64,000 nucleotides of DNA from Candidatus Heimdallarchaeota archaeon (GTDB lineage: Archaea; Asgardarchaeota; Heimdallarchaeia; JABLTI01), in contig JAHLVW010000058.1 of assembly GCA_019058275.1 (NCBI GenBank), positions 1-64,000 on the forward strand. Direction: 5' to 3'. Below are positions 38,664 through 49,271 of this stretch, one piece after another. Position numbers and translations under genes: made by a program. A model generated the notes under the pieces. That model was not told where the DNA came from, ran no database searches, and saw only the letters and a list, made by a program, of their open reading frames with translations. Every line of letters starts with the position of its first letter. The stretch's first letter is position 1.

Positions 38664-40310
38664 TTACTCTTTTCTTCTCTTGATTTTTTCACCAAATTTC
38701 TGAAACACCCTAACAATGAAAGAACGCTTATCTCCCTCTTGGTCAACGGAAAATTTACTTTTTTGTGCAGTGAAAAAAATAATTTGAATTATTATTACTC
38801 CTAATAGTATTGCTATTGCAAAACCAATTCCCATATTTCTCCAAATCTTTTGCATTCTTGGATTACTTCTTGCTTTCAAAGGATCAGTGAATGCTAAATA
38901 TTCCTCACCATCTAGAAAACCATCTCCATCTGTATCCGGGTTTGTTGGATCAGTTCCTATTTTTGGTTCCCAGAAATCACTCAATATATCCTTATCAAGA
39001 TCTCTTGTATAAGATATTAGTAATCTAGTAAATATTACATCAAAGTTATACTTGCTCTTTCCAACTGAAACTAGATATCCGTTATTCGTAATTACTATAT
39101 CAACAAGATCGCTATATTCAAAATTCTCTGTTTTTTCAAAATAGATGATTTCACCATTTGATTTAGCTGAAGCAAGAAGTGCTGCCTGATCTTTCTTCAC
39201 TTCTGAATCACTTTTACCAACTATGAACATTGATCCATCAGATGTTAGACTAAGAGCATTAGCTGATTCAGTCAATCTCTCTTTACCAAATGTTATTTGC
39301 TTGGTTAATCCCCCTGAAAAATTGTAAAAGATAATTGTACAATCACGATAATTGATATTGCCATATTCGAACTTATCACCTAGTAAAATAATTGAGCTTG
39401 AATTGTGACAAATCACTAAATCATTAATTCTTGGACTAGTTTCGTTTCCAATAGTTTGTTCCCAAGAAATTTCTCCACTAATTGTTAGTTTTCGTAAATA
39501 GTATTGATAATATTTTATCTCATCTACCCTTTTGTATCGATTAGAAACGAGGTATATGTTATCATTCTCGTTATCAAAAACCAATGATGGAAATCTATCT
39601 GTAAAAAAAGTAATGTAAGATTTTTCCCAAATTAAACTTCCATTATTCTTGTTTATACACGTAAGTGAGATATCAGCATTAGAATAGACATGGAAGTAAT
39701 TTGTTTTTGTTCCTGCAATGTAAATATGATCTGAATTTATTATTACCGAATTCGCTTCTTCTGATAAATTCACTTCACCATACGTATTATTCCATATCTC
39801 TTGTCCAGTGTTACTATCAAAACAAACCACAAGTAAATCAGAAAAAATATGATCTGAATCGATAATTGTTTCTCCTACAACAATAATTTGCTCATTATCA
39901 TCATTAAACACAATATCATTTGCTATATCAATTCCTTGGAAATCCCATTGTTTTATCCAAACCAAAGTTCCATTACTAGTAATTTTCCCGATGAAGATAT
40001 TTGTTGTTAGTGAAAATAATTCAGTTTGAATAGTTCCAGCAACATAACAATTACTTTCATTATCATTTGTAACTGAAAGTGTTTCAACAAGGAAGAAGTC
40101 AGACCAAACAGTTAATTTTCCTAATAAAAAGTCTTCTAGATTTATTATAGATTCCTTAAGAGAAATATCTTGATTCTTAGGTGTAGTTTGTGAATTAACA
40201 AATAAGATTTTCAAAGAGAAGGGGACTAAAGGGAGAGATGCTAAAATGAAAAGAAGAAAGAAAATTCTCATAAATTTACTCGAAATTCGTTTTAACATTA
40301 AGCTTAACAC
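38664..40310 (-). CDS. Cell-surface beta-propeller (SBBP-like repeats) protein with a Ca-binding TSP3-like repeat and C-terminal TM
   Basis: Repeated YVAG/IVVG...D......G...W blades; DLDKDILSD.WE..GTDPTNPDTDGDGFLDGEE; TM followed by a basic tail. Confidence 0.75.
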   Translation of the reverse strand: MLSLMLKRISSKFMRIFFLLFILASLPLVPFSLKILFVNSQTTPKNQDISLKESIINLEDFLLGKLTVWSDFFLVETLSVTNDNESNCYVAGTIQTELFSLTTNIFIGKITSNGTLVWIKQWDFQGIDIANDIVFNDDNEQIIVVGETIIDSDHIFSDLLVVCFDSNTGQEIWNNTYGEVNLSEEANSVIINSDHIYIAGTKTNYFHVYSNADISLTCINKNNGSLIWEKSYITFFTDRFPSLVFDNENDNIYLVSNRYKRVDEIKYYQYYLRKLTISGEISWEQTIGNETSPRINDLVICHNSSSIILLGDKFEYGNINYRDCTIIFYNFSGGLTKQITFGKERLTESANALSLTSDGSMFIVGKSDSEVKKDQAALLASAKSNGEIIYFEKTENFEYSDLVDIVITNNGYLVSVGKSKYNFDVIFTRLLISYTRDLDKDILSDFWEPKIGTDPTNPDTDGDGFLDGEEYLAFTDPLKARSNPRMQKIWRNMGIGFAIAILLGVIIIQIIFFTAQKSKFSVDQEGDKRSFIVRVFQKFGEKIKRRKE

Positions 40311-40476
40311 CCATAAATTGCTAATTCAGATTACTACCCATAGATGATTTTAAATAGTGGTTTTTTATAAACTAGACTGGTTTTAAACCCAAACAGTGCA
40401 ATTTATTTATTATAACTGTTAATAATATTTTGTCACTATATAGTAGTTAAAATAATTCCTTAATAAAAGAATAGGA

Positions 40477-40971
40477 TTGGCCAGAATGAGCGGACCAGAT
40501 AAGAAAAAGCTGGATAAAATGATTTGGCAACTTAGAGAAGGTTGGGGCGAAAGTACCCGTATTGAAGCTGCAAGGGATCTAGGTTGGATAGGTACACAAG
40601 CTGCAGAGGAAGCTGTTCCTGAACTTATAAAAGCTCTTTTAGATGATAAAAGTGAGAATGTTCGTGTAGAGGCAGCAATATCATTACAATGGATAGGTGC
40701 AAATGCATCCAATGCAATTCCAGCTTTAGTTAAAGCATTAAGAGAAGATCATAGTGAAAAAGTGAGAGAGCGAGCTGCAATTGTTCTTCAAGGGATGGGT
40801 GAGGTAGTTCAAAATGCTATTTCTGAATTAGCTAATGCACAGGTTGATGACAAAAGTCTATTAGTAAGAGAAGCAGCAGCAAATACCTTAGATAAACTTG
40901 CACCAAAATTAGGTTATGATAATGCAGATGCTATGCTCAAAGCAAATAATATTACTTCTAAAAGGAAGTAA
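40477..40971 (+). CDS. HEAT-repeat protein
   Basis: About 4 repeats of AVPELIKAL.DD.SE.VR..AA..L..IG. Confidence 0.85.
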   Translation: MARMSGPDKKKLDKMIWQLREGWGESTRIEAARDLGWIGTQAAEEAVPELIKALLDDKSENVRVEAAISLQWIGANASNAIPALVKALREDHSEKVRERAAIVLQGMGEVVQNAISELANAQVDDKSLLVREAAANTLDKLAPKLGYDNADAMLKANNITSKRK

Positions 40972-41102
40972 ATTGATTTTTCCTTTAGCATAATCTTCTC
41001 ATATTTTTATCTTTAATTCTACTGGAATATTAATTTTTCAATTTCCCTTCCATCATCAAATAAAGACAAAACTATTTTAACGTACTAATATTAGATAAAA
41101 TT

Positions 41103-43277
41103 ATGACAACAGAAAATAAAGAAAAAAAGAAGAGTTCTATAGGAATTAAAGACTTATTTAATTTGAAACAAGTAAGTGACCCAACATTTAGACCAAAAAC
41201 AAATGAAGTTTATTATGTTGTAAATCAAGCAAATAATGAGGATAATGGTTACAGAAATTCTATTTGGCGTTATCGTGAAAAACCTTCGCAATTCACTCAA
41301 GGATTGCCAAGTGACTTCTCTATAAAATGGTCACCTGATGGAAAAACATTGGCTTTTATTTCAGTACGAACAGTATTAAAAAAACCAACTGCTGGTAAGC
41401 CTTCAGAACCACCAAAACCTCAAATTTTCCTTATGCCATCAGATGGTGGTGAAGCAATACAATTAACAAATATACCCAATGGTGTTTTGCCATCTTTTGA
41501 GTGGAGCCAAGATGGTAAGAAGATTATTTTTATCTCTAGACTAAACAAGGAAGAACTGGAAGCTCCAACACCTGAAAAAATGAAATTAATGGATTCTGAA
41601 GAATCTGCATTATTACATATGAGCAAACAAAAGAGTGAAGAAAAGAAAAAAGAGCCAAGAATTATCACTCGAGAAGTTTACCGAGTAGGTACTTCCTATT
41701 TAGATGATCGCAAAGGACAAATCCATGTTATTGATGTAGAATCAAAGAAAGTAACAAGATGGACAAGCAACATAGATGATGATTATACACAAGCTTACTT
41801 AACACCAGATAACAATTATGCAATCACTGCTCGACAGAAACCTGGGGAAGGAGATGAAACAAGATATTGGGAATTCTTGAAAATCTCACCAAAAGGTGAG
41901 ATGGAAATTATTCTGAAAGATCATTATAATTGGGGAGCATTTATTCGATTGTCTTATGATGGTAAGTATATAGCAACTGAAATTGGAGATTCTGGGTTAG
42001 GAACCTTAGCGCAAACGAATCTTTGTATAATAGACGTCGAAGATGGAACAAAGAAAGTTCTAACAGAAAAAATAGAAAACAATATTGCAATGTATAAATG
42101 GACAAAAGATAGCCAATATTTATACTTTATAATTTTTGAAAAAGCAGTCTCAGTTATTTGGCGTGCTAAGGTAGTAACAGGTGAAGTTGAGAAAGTAATA
42201 GAAGGAGACAAAGTTATCTTTGGTTTTGATATTTCAGATGATGGTAAATGGTTAACATATCAAGCACATCACGTTAATGATCCTTCTAGATTATATAAAT
42301 ACAATATTTCAACTAAAAAAGAAGAACTGCTAGATGCTCCAAATGAGGAATTTTTGAAGAATAAGAAGCTTGGCAAAACTGAAGAAGTTTGGTATGATGG
42401 ATTTAATGATGAATATAAAATCCAAGGTTGGATTCTGACACCTCCTGATTTTGATCCAGAAAAGAAATATCCTCTTGCTTTAAACATGCATGGAGGACCT
42501 CATGTTATGTGGAGCTGCCATTTAGACATTCCAATATTTCATGAATTTCAATTACTAGCAGCAGAAGGTTATGTTGTTTACTATTGCAACCCAAGAGGAA
42601 GCAATGGGTATGGACCTGATTTCTATAAAGCAATAGAGAAATCATGGGGTGATGCTGATTCACAAGACATCTTGAAAGGTGTTGATCTGGTCGTTGATCG
42701 TGGTTTTATTGATCCTAAGAGAATGGGAATCACAGGTGGTTCTTATGCAGGATTCCTTACTGCATGGATAGTTGGACATGATAATCGCTTTGCAGCAGCA
42801 GTACCTCAAAGAGGTGTTTATTTCTTGTCTAGCTTTTGGGCTACAACAGATGGTGCAAGAGTTTTAATTGACGATGAATTTGGTACTACACCAATAAAAG
42901 ATTCAACCTTCTTATGGGAACGTTCTCCAGCTGCTTATGCTAAGAATATTAAAACACCAATGCGAATCATTCACAGTGATTTAGATTATAGAGCACCAAT
43001 ACCAGATGCTGAAATGCTCTATACAGCAGCAAAAAGAATTAATCCAAAACTAGATATAGAATTTATCAGATACCCCGGAGAAGGACATGAACTCTCGAGA
43101 TCAGGACAACCAGATAGAAGATTAGATAGATTAGGTAAAATTGTCGACTGGTTTGACAAATATTGCCAACCCAAGAAATACAAAGACAAACAAAAACAAG
43201 CAGAGAAAATCAAAAAGATAAAAGACGATTACAAGAAAAAGATGAGAGAAAAAATAAAGGAAATAAAGAAAAACTAA
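41103..43277 (+). CDS. S9 family peptidase (acylaminoacyl/dipeptidyl peptidase)
   Basis: WSPDGK propeller repeats, HGGP, NPRGS.GYG, GGSYAG nucleophile, DYRAP, EGHELSRSG. Confidence 0.93.
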   Translation: MTTENKEKKKSSIGIKDLFNLKQVSDPTFRPKTNEVYYVVNQANNEDNGYRNSIWRYREKPSQFTQGLPSDFSIKWSPDGKTLAFISVRTVLKKPTAGKPSEPPKPQIFLMPSDGGEAIQLTNIPNGVLPSFEWSQDGKKIIFISRLNKEELEAPTPEKMKLMDSEESALLHMSKQKSEEKKKEPRIITREVYRVGTSYLDDRKGQIHVIDVESKKVTRWTSNIDDDYTQAYLTPDNNYAITARQKPGEGDETRYWEFLKISPKGEMEIILKDHYNWGAFIRLSYDGKYIATEIGDSGLGTLAQTNLCIIDVEDGTKKVLTEKIENNIAMYKWTKDSQYLYFIIFEKAVSVIWRAKVVTGEVEKVIEGDKVIFGFDISDDGKWLTYQAHHVNDPSRLYKYNISTKKEELLDAPNEEFLKNKKLGKTEEVWYDGFNDEYKIQGWILTPPDFDPEKKYPLALNMHGGPHVMWSCHLDIPIFHEFQLLAAEGYVVYYCNPRGSNGYGPDFYKAIEKSWGDADSQDILKGVDLVVDRGFIDPKRMGITGGSYAGFLTAWIVGHDNRFAAAVPQRGVYFLSSFWATTDGARVLIDDEFGTTPIKDSTFLWERSPAAYAKNIKTPMRIIHSDLDYRAPIPDAEMLYTAAKRINPKLDIEFIRYPGEGHELSRSGQPDRRLDRLGKIVDWFDKYCQPKKYKDKQKQAEKIKKIKDDYKKKMREKIKEIKKN

Positions 43278-43295
43278 ACTAATGTCTTTCCTTTC

Positions 43296-44447
43296 TTATT
43301 TTTTATTCTTAGGTTCTAAACGTATATATTCATGTTGTTCTCTAATGAAATCCCAGTGACTATTCACTCTGTTTATAACATCATCAGATATTTCATGAAC
43401 ATTTGGTTTATAGGTTGCTTGAGATTTGAAATAAGCTACGAAATCATCCTTAATATTTTCATATCCGTCTATCTTCAAATCTTTGTAAAGGCTCTCCATG
43501 AAAGGCATTGGATCTTTAATAAAATCTTCATATTTAATGTCAATAATGTTCTCTTTTGGAATAAGTGATCTTGTTTCGTTGAATACTTCATACATCTCTT
43601 TTACATTATCAAGAATACCTTGTTGAAGATCTTCATCTTTCCAAGTTTGAAGTGCATAAATAGCAAAAACCTCACGGAAGAATTTAACTGATGATGCATA
43701 CATTCCATAAGGATCTCTATATAGGTGTATGAATTTAGCATTTGGATACATTTTTAGAATATGTTCAATTCGATAAGTTGTTGTAGGATTTTTCAAGAAA
43801 ATTCTTTTGCCTTTGTATTTGTAAGTCATTTTCTTGACAAAATATTGGTATGTTTTCTTCCAACGCTCAACATCTTTTTCTTTACAAGTTCTAAAGGAAT
43901 TATATCTGGAATAAAGTTTGAATTTCCATGGAAAAATGAATCCATTATAAAAACCATACTTGCTCATAGCTCCAATAGAATATTCTTCCTCAGTTGGTTC
44001 ATCACTCCCCATAACAACATTATCCATTGGTCGCTGTTCAGGAAGCGACATGTCAATCAAATTCTTTGTAAACTTATGAAAAGCTAGAAAGAAATGTGGA
44101 GCATAACCTTCTAGATTTGAAACATAACCCATATTTTTATCATGAGCTAATAATGTCATGAGATAGGTTGTGCCAGTTCTATAATGTCCTATTATAAAAA
44201 GGGGATCAATTTCTACTTTCGTTTTCTTGATTCTTCTTTGAAAACGAAGAATCTCTATAACCCTAAGAGGAGTTGTTACCCAACTTAAAGCAATGGCATA
44301 CCAAAAACGTAACCAATATTTTGGATGAACATAAAATTTGTTCTGCCACAAAAGTCTAAAGATATTAATCATACTCATGCCTGCTAAAGGCTCTTCTTTT
44401 ACTATAAGATGTGTTCTATCCTTTTTCTTCTTATCATCCTGTTTCAT
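43296..44447 (-). CDS. PAPS-dependent sulfotransferase (Sulfotransfer_3 / Stf3-like)
   Basis: 5'-PSB loop PLFIIGHYRTGTTYL, LKNP, 3'-PB FIHLYRDP...S, KYEDF..DP. ATG at 44447 follows GGTGG. Confidence 0.88.
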   Translation of the reverse strand: MKQDDKKKKDRTHLIVKEEPLAGMSMINIFRLLWQNKFYVHPKYWLRFWYAIALSWVTTPLRVIEILRFQRRIKKTKVEIDPLFIIGHYRTGTTYLMTLLAHDKNMGYVSNLEGYAPHFFLAFHKFTKNLIDMSLPEQRPMDNVVMGSDEPTEEEYSIGAMSKYGFYNGFIFPWKFKLYSRYNSFRTCKEKDVERWKKTYQYFVKKMTYKYKGKRIFLKNPTTTYRIEHILKMYPNAKFIHLYRDPYGMYASSVKFFREVFAIYALQTWKDEDLQQGILDNVKEMYEVFNETRSLIPKENIIDIKYEDFIKDPMPFMESLYKDLKIDGYENIKDDFVAYFKSQATYKPNVHEISDDVINRVNSHWDFIREQHEYIRLEPKNKK

Positions 44448-44589
44448 TAATGAATCCACCTTGTAAAATCGCAAAGATATTATTGCCAAACTTATTTTGA
44501 AGTAAACTTAACTAGTTATATATTTTACTCTAATAAATTAAATTAAAGTGGAAAATAGCTTAAAGAATAAAAAAAATGAAAAAAGAAAA

Positions 44590-45147
44590 TTAGATTTTAA
44601 TCTGTAATGGGATAATTTTCTCTTTTTCCAAAAAATCAAGAACTATTTTTGTGCTCTCTTCTTCAGTTTCATATTCAGTATTGCAAACTATTTCAGGTGT
44701 TGGAGGTTCCTCATAAGGATGGGATACTCCTGTGAAATTCTCAATTTCACCTGCGAATGCTTTCTTATAAAGACCTTTGATATCTCTACTAGCACATTCC
44801 TCAACAGATGCATTTACGAAAACTTCTACAAATTTTGCATTTTCTTCATTTACTTCTTTCCTAGCATTATCTCTAACTGAAATATATGGAGAAATAAATG
44901 ACACCAAAGTAGCTACACCATGTTTTGCTAATAATCGAGTAACAAATGTTATTCTCTCGATGTTCTTCTTTCGATCTTCTTCAGTGAAACCTAAATCCCT
45001 TGTTAAGGATTTTCTAACAATATCACCATCAAGTCGTTGAACTCTAAGGTTTCGTTTTAGAAGTTTTTTTTCTAGTTCAACTGCAATAGTTGTTTTTCCT
45101 GAGCCTGACAATCCTGTAAACCAAACAACAAATCCTGGTTCGTTCAT
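44590..45147 (-). CDS. cysC: Adenylyl-sulfate kinase
   Basis: WFTGLSGSGKTT, LDGD, SFISPY, RDIKGLYKKA, FTGVSHPYEEP. Confidence 0.95.
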   Translation of the reverse strand: MNEPGFVVWFTGLSGSGKTTIAVELEKKLLKRNLRVQRLDGDIVRKSLTRDLGFTEEDRKKNIERITFVTRLLAKHGVATLVSFISPYISVRDNARKEVNEENAKFVEVFVNASVEECASRDIKGLYKKAFAGEIENFTGVSHPYEEPPTPEIVCNTEYETEEESTKIVLDFLEKEKIIPLQIKI

Positions 45148-45167
45148 ATCTATTCACATCTTTAATT

Positions 45168-46319
45168 TTACTTTACAAATAACTCATCCTCTTTTACCAG
45201 GTATTCTGCAACCTCTGGTCGCATGTATTCTACTAATCCATCAAGTTCTTTATTCATGATCATTTGACGGATTTTTTTACCACTGATAAACTTTTGATAC
45301 TTTGTTCCATCATGGGGGCAAGTATTGTCATTGACCACTCCAGTACATTTCTCACAGATAAAGAATGATCGGAAACATATAGGTTCTATATCTAAATCTG
45401 GGAAATTCTCAAAGATTTTATGGGCATCAAAAGGTCCATAGTAATCGCCAACACCTGCATGATCTCTTCCAACAATGAAATGACTACAACCAAAATTCTT
45501 ACGCATAATTGAGTGGAAAATAGCTTCTTTTGGTCCACCGTATCTCATTCTTGTTCTTAGAATAGCCATTGTTGATTTATCGCTTCTATAATAATGCTTC
45601 ATTAAAACATTATATGCTCCTAAAATTACTGGATCTAAGAAATCATCCTTCTTTTTCTTACCAATAATTGGATTTACAAATAATCCATCAACAAGAGTTA
45701 ATGCTGTCTTCTGTATATATTCATGACCTAAATGTGGAACATTTCTTGTTTGGAAACCAACTACAGTTTTCCATCCCATTTCCTTAAATATTTGTCTAGT
45801 TTCACTTGGATATTTTGTGAACTCTTTGTATTGTTTAACAGCAGTATTAACGAGATCAATTTTTCCCGCAAAGAGTTTCTCATTAGAACTCATAACTTTT
45901 GCTACTCCGGGATGTTCGTTATCTAATGTTTGAAAAATCCTTTCAGCAATTGTCTTCTTCTTGTAGTGGTAAATTTGATCTAAATGTAGTACTCCAATTA
46001 CTTGGTCATCGTTAATTAGAGCTATTTCATCACCTATGGAGTACTTCTTAGCAGTTTCAGATGAAACATCAAATGTAATAGGTATTGTCCAAGGTAAATC
46101 ATTTGCAAGTCTATCATTTTTAATGATAGATTCAACATCTTCTTCTCCCATGAAACCTTCTAATGGACTAAAAACTCCATGAGAAATATTGAAGAGATCT
46201 TCAACAACCTCATTGTTTACTTTTAGTTGAGCCATTTCTTGATATTCATTCAAGATTTTTTCTTTCTTATTATCAGGGAGAACTCTATTGATTAGTTTAC
46301 CACCATGTGGTTTAATCAT
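45168..46319 (-). CDS. sat: Sulfate adenylyltransferase (ATP sulfurylase)
   Basis: PHGGKL, FSPLEGFM, FQTRNVPHLGHE, MRYGGPKEA, RKNFGCSHFIVGRDHAG. Confidence 0.95.
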   Translation of the reverse strand: MIKPHGGKLINRVLPDNKKEKILNEYQEMAQLKVNNEVVEDLFNISHGVFSPLEGFMGEEDVESIIKNDRLANDLPWTIPITFDVSSETAKKYSIGDEIALINDDQVIGVLHLDQIYHYKKKTIAERIFQTLDNEHPGVAKVMSSNEKLFAGKIDLVNTAVKQYKEFTKYPSETRQIFKEMGWKTVVGFQTRNVPHLGHEYIQKTALTLVDGLFVNPIIGKKKKDDFLDPVILGAYNVLMKHYYRSDKSTMAILRTRMRYGGPKEAIFHSIMRKNFGCSHFIVGRDHAGVGDYYGPFDAHKIFENFPDLDIEPICFRSFFICEKCTGVVNDNTCPHDGTKYQKFISGKKIRQMIMNKELDGLVEYMRPEVAEYLVKEDELFVK

Positions 46320-46448
46320 AATTCACTATCTCCATTTTGTGTTTACTGTTTAAATTGTTGTTAATAATTGACTTGAATAGATGTAATAGAGGAAATCTCA
46401 TTAACATTTGAACTCTATCAAAGTAATTTACTCTCGAGTCTTAAAGGT

Positions 46449-46468
46449 TAAATCTACAAGTAGATTTA
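46449..46468. promoter_or_regulatory. Inverted repeat upstream of sat, candidate operator
   Basis: TAAATCTAC-AA-GTAGATTTA, a perfect 9-2-9 dyad about 130 bp upstream of the sat start. Confidence 0.45.
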
Positions 46469-46960
46469 CATACCAAACCTTCGCTTTAAATGAAAATATG
46501 TCATTAATAAGTTTATTCAAGATTTTCCATTTGTTAGTTTGATAAAACAACTATTTAAGTAAAAACAAGTTAAACACTAAGAAATTTTTGGGTTTTAATG
46601 GTTTACATTAATTATTACCATTAATACCAAATTTCTTAAATCTTACCCAGCCATTTTTTGCCTTCTACCACTTTTCCTGAAACAGAAGGTACAACTAACA
46701 TTGTTGTAAAAAAAATTTGAAGAGTGTTTTTATGAAATAGCCCACTCATTTTATTCTTATTTGTAAATGTTCTAACTGCCTTCCCATTCAACTTTTCCGA
46801 AGTTCCCTCAGCTATTTTTTGAAAATGATCTGAATAAGTATTTAAAGCTATCAAATTGAAAAGCTGAAATTTCAAATCTTTGCTTTTTTGTCGTAAAGAC
46901 AATAAACAATTGTGCTTTTCTAAATGATGTGATATGTTAAAGAAACATTCACACCAGTAA

Positions 46961-49168
46961 TTAACACATGCTTTCACAAATTTCATTCAATCCTTGTAAG
47001 AATGAACTTTGTGGATAATTCGCAACAATAAAGTTGAATTCTTTTCTAATTGACTGTAATTTTATTGGTTGTTTGTAAATTCTGGATATAATCATTGCCC
47101 ATAAAAGACCAAGTGCTGCTTTCTCCTCTATCTGCTGATTATTTCTATATGTTTTGGAGAAATCAATTAACTTATCAATAATCTTACTTCCTGCTTTAAA
47201 ATTATCTAATGCTAAGTCTATTATAACGAAATTAAGTCCTTCAACATATTTGATTTGTATATTAACATTAAAGGAGTGTACTTTGGCAAATTCCCTTAAG
47301 ATCTCTAACAATTCAAGTTTTTTAAATGGATTCTTAGCTGAATATGATAAAATACCTTCATTAAATGCTCGTGCAATTCTAAGAGAAATTTTATCATCCT
47401 CTAAACTCATACGATTTGCTTTCTCGAGCTCATTCGTTATCTCAATAAGTAATTCCTTCTCACCAGTTCGTCCTAAATAGCTAATTAGTCTTATAAGATT
47501 ATCAACAAAATTATACTGTTTGTAATATTTGGTAAGGAACTTAACTCCTCTGTGATTCAGAAGATCGAATAAAATACTAGTTGCTTCACCATCTAGTCTT
47601 GCAGCACGTAGTGTAACAGCACGTACTAATGGATCTACTAATTCCAAAATCATTCTCCTCTCACAAAGACCTTCAATATGATTTACCAATTCTCCAGGAG
47701 TAACTTTAAGTAATGGAGAATTAAATCCAAACATTCCAACAGCAAAAATAAGTGCTTTTGTATATAACAGTTGATTAACAAGAAATCTATTGTCATCAAA
47801 TTCTAACTGCTTCAGAAATAGTAATTGCTTAACAATTTTGTTCTCTCGAATAGCTGGTTTTGTTAGATCATCATCTTTGGATGTCATATCTTGAAGTTCA
47901 TCAACAGTTTTTCTATCAGTAGGGATTTGACCTGTTTCTCTCAAATGATCCTTCAATTCATCATCAAATTCTATTATAGCATCTAACTCCTCAACCAATT
48001 CAATTGGTTCAATTCTATTAGGTGATTGCTTCGAAATTTCTTCAGCTATTTTGCTAATGTCTTCAAGATCATTTAAGTCATAAGCTAAGACAATTCCTCT
48101 TCTACCAATCTTTAAAGAATCATATTCTTCAATACGCATATTCTTTATTATTGCAAGTAGTTTTGCTTCAGCTAATTGGTAAGTTTCATTTTTATCTCTC
48201 TCTTCTTTCAACTTTTCAATTAAAGGTAACTTGAGAAAATAACCCCACAGTTTAAATTGATCAAAAGCATAACTTAATCGATAAATATCTTTGAAAAATT
48301 CCTTACCCTCTTTCCTTAGAAGATATTCTGAATCTTCAATGATTTCTTTAATACCATTAATACATTCTTCACAGGTATCTTCAAGTTTACTATTAACTCG
48401 AGCCAATCCAATTATAGCATTTATAGCTCCTTCTTGTAAAATCTCATTAAGTTCAACACCAAATATTAAACTTGATGAATGGCAATCGTCTTTCACTTCA
48501 TCTTGATAATGACTAATTGAAAAACTGCTAAGTTCTTTGTAAATTCGTAAGAGAGTATTACAGTCTTGTTCATCAAGATAAAAAAGTGTATTCATAAACA
48601 CTTTTGCATCAAGAAGTTGTATAGCATTAACTAATGGATAAATCGCTGATTTTTCTTGCATTATATCAAGAATATCTAAAATTTCTTTATCTGATCCCCA
48701 CTTGATTAGTTCAACAGCTGCTGTCGATATAGCAGAATAAATAATTTTGTTTTCTGGAAATCTAGCAATTATATCAATGAAATCACTAAATAGCTCTATC
48801 CTATCCTTACCTCTTGTAGCTCTACTATCAATTAATAATTTTGAAATTCCTCTAGATAAAACATAAAACGTTTCACTGAGTTCTTTTGCCCACCAAGCTA
48901 CTTCTACAAGTTGATTAAGTATAATTCTTTCAGAATTTGAGTCTCCCTTTTGACTGAATAATTCCATTAATAAATACAACATTTCTGCAAATTCAGTTGT
49001 CTTTTTTTGATCTTTCTTTAAATCAAGCTTACTTCGGATTATTCTAACAGCTGAAAAAATCTCTTCTTTAGATAAGGATTGATACCTCTTTTTTAGTAGC
49101 TTCAACTCATTATGCATATATTGTGCACCAAGATTTAACAATAAATTCTCAATATTATTATTCACCAA
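46961..49168 (-). CDS. Hypothetical alpha-solenoid (ARM/TPR-like) protein
   Basis: 735 aa, amphipathic helices, recurring ~40-aa units (FPENKII, YPLVNAIQLLDAK, HSFNVNIQIKYVEGL, YRNNQQIEEKAALGL). Confidence 0.65.
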   Translation of the reverse strand: MVNNNIENLLLNLGAQYMHNELKLLKKRYQSLSKEEIFSAVRIIRSKLDLKKDQKKTTEFAEMLYLLMELFSQKGDSNSERIILNQLVEVAWWAKELSETFYVLSRGISKLLIDSRATRGKDRIELFSDFIDIIARFPENKIIYSAISTAAVELIKWGSDKEILDILDIMQEKSAIYPLVNAIQLLDAKVFMNTLFYLDEQDCNTLLRIYKELSSFSISHYQDEVKDDCHSSSLIFGVELNEILQEGAINAIIGLARVNSKLEDTCEECINGIKEIIEDSEYLLRKEGKEFFKDIYRLSYAFDQFKLWGYFLKLPLIEKLKEERDKNETYQLAEAKLLAIIKNMRIEEYDSLKIGRRGIVLAYDLNDLEDISKIAEEISKQSPNRIEPIELVEELDAIIEFDDELKDHLRETGQIPTDRKTVDELQDMTSKDDDLTKPAIRENKIVKQLLFLKQLEFDDNRFLVNQLLYTKALIFAVGMFGFNSPLLKVTPGELVNHIEGLCERRMILELVDPLVRAVTLRAARLDGEATSILFDLLNHRGVKFLTKYYKQYNFVDNLIRLISYLGRTGEKELLIEITNELEKANRMSLEDDKISLRIARAFNEGILSYSAKNPFKKLELLEILREFAKVHSFNVNIQIKYVEGLNFVIIDLALDNFKAGSKIIDKLIDFSKTYRNNQQIEEKAALGLLWAMIISRIYKQPIKLQSIRKEFNFIVANYPQSSFLQGLNEICESMC

Positions 49169-49271
49169 TAATCAATATAGTAAATAAGATTCTTTTTCTT
49201 AAGGCAAAAAATATTTTCTTAACAAAAAGTAAAGGTTAGAGAAGATTTTGGATTAATTCTTCTCTGTTAGG

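Noticed and set aside
46636-46986. 116-aa minus-strand ORF
   Set aside because: It overlaps the upstream gene's end, has no motif or SD, and has atypical composition. Not supported, though not excluded.
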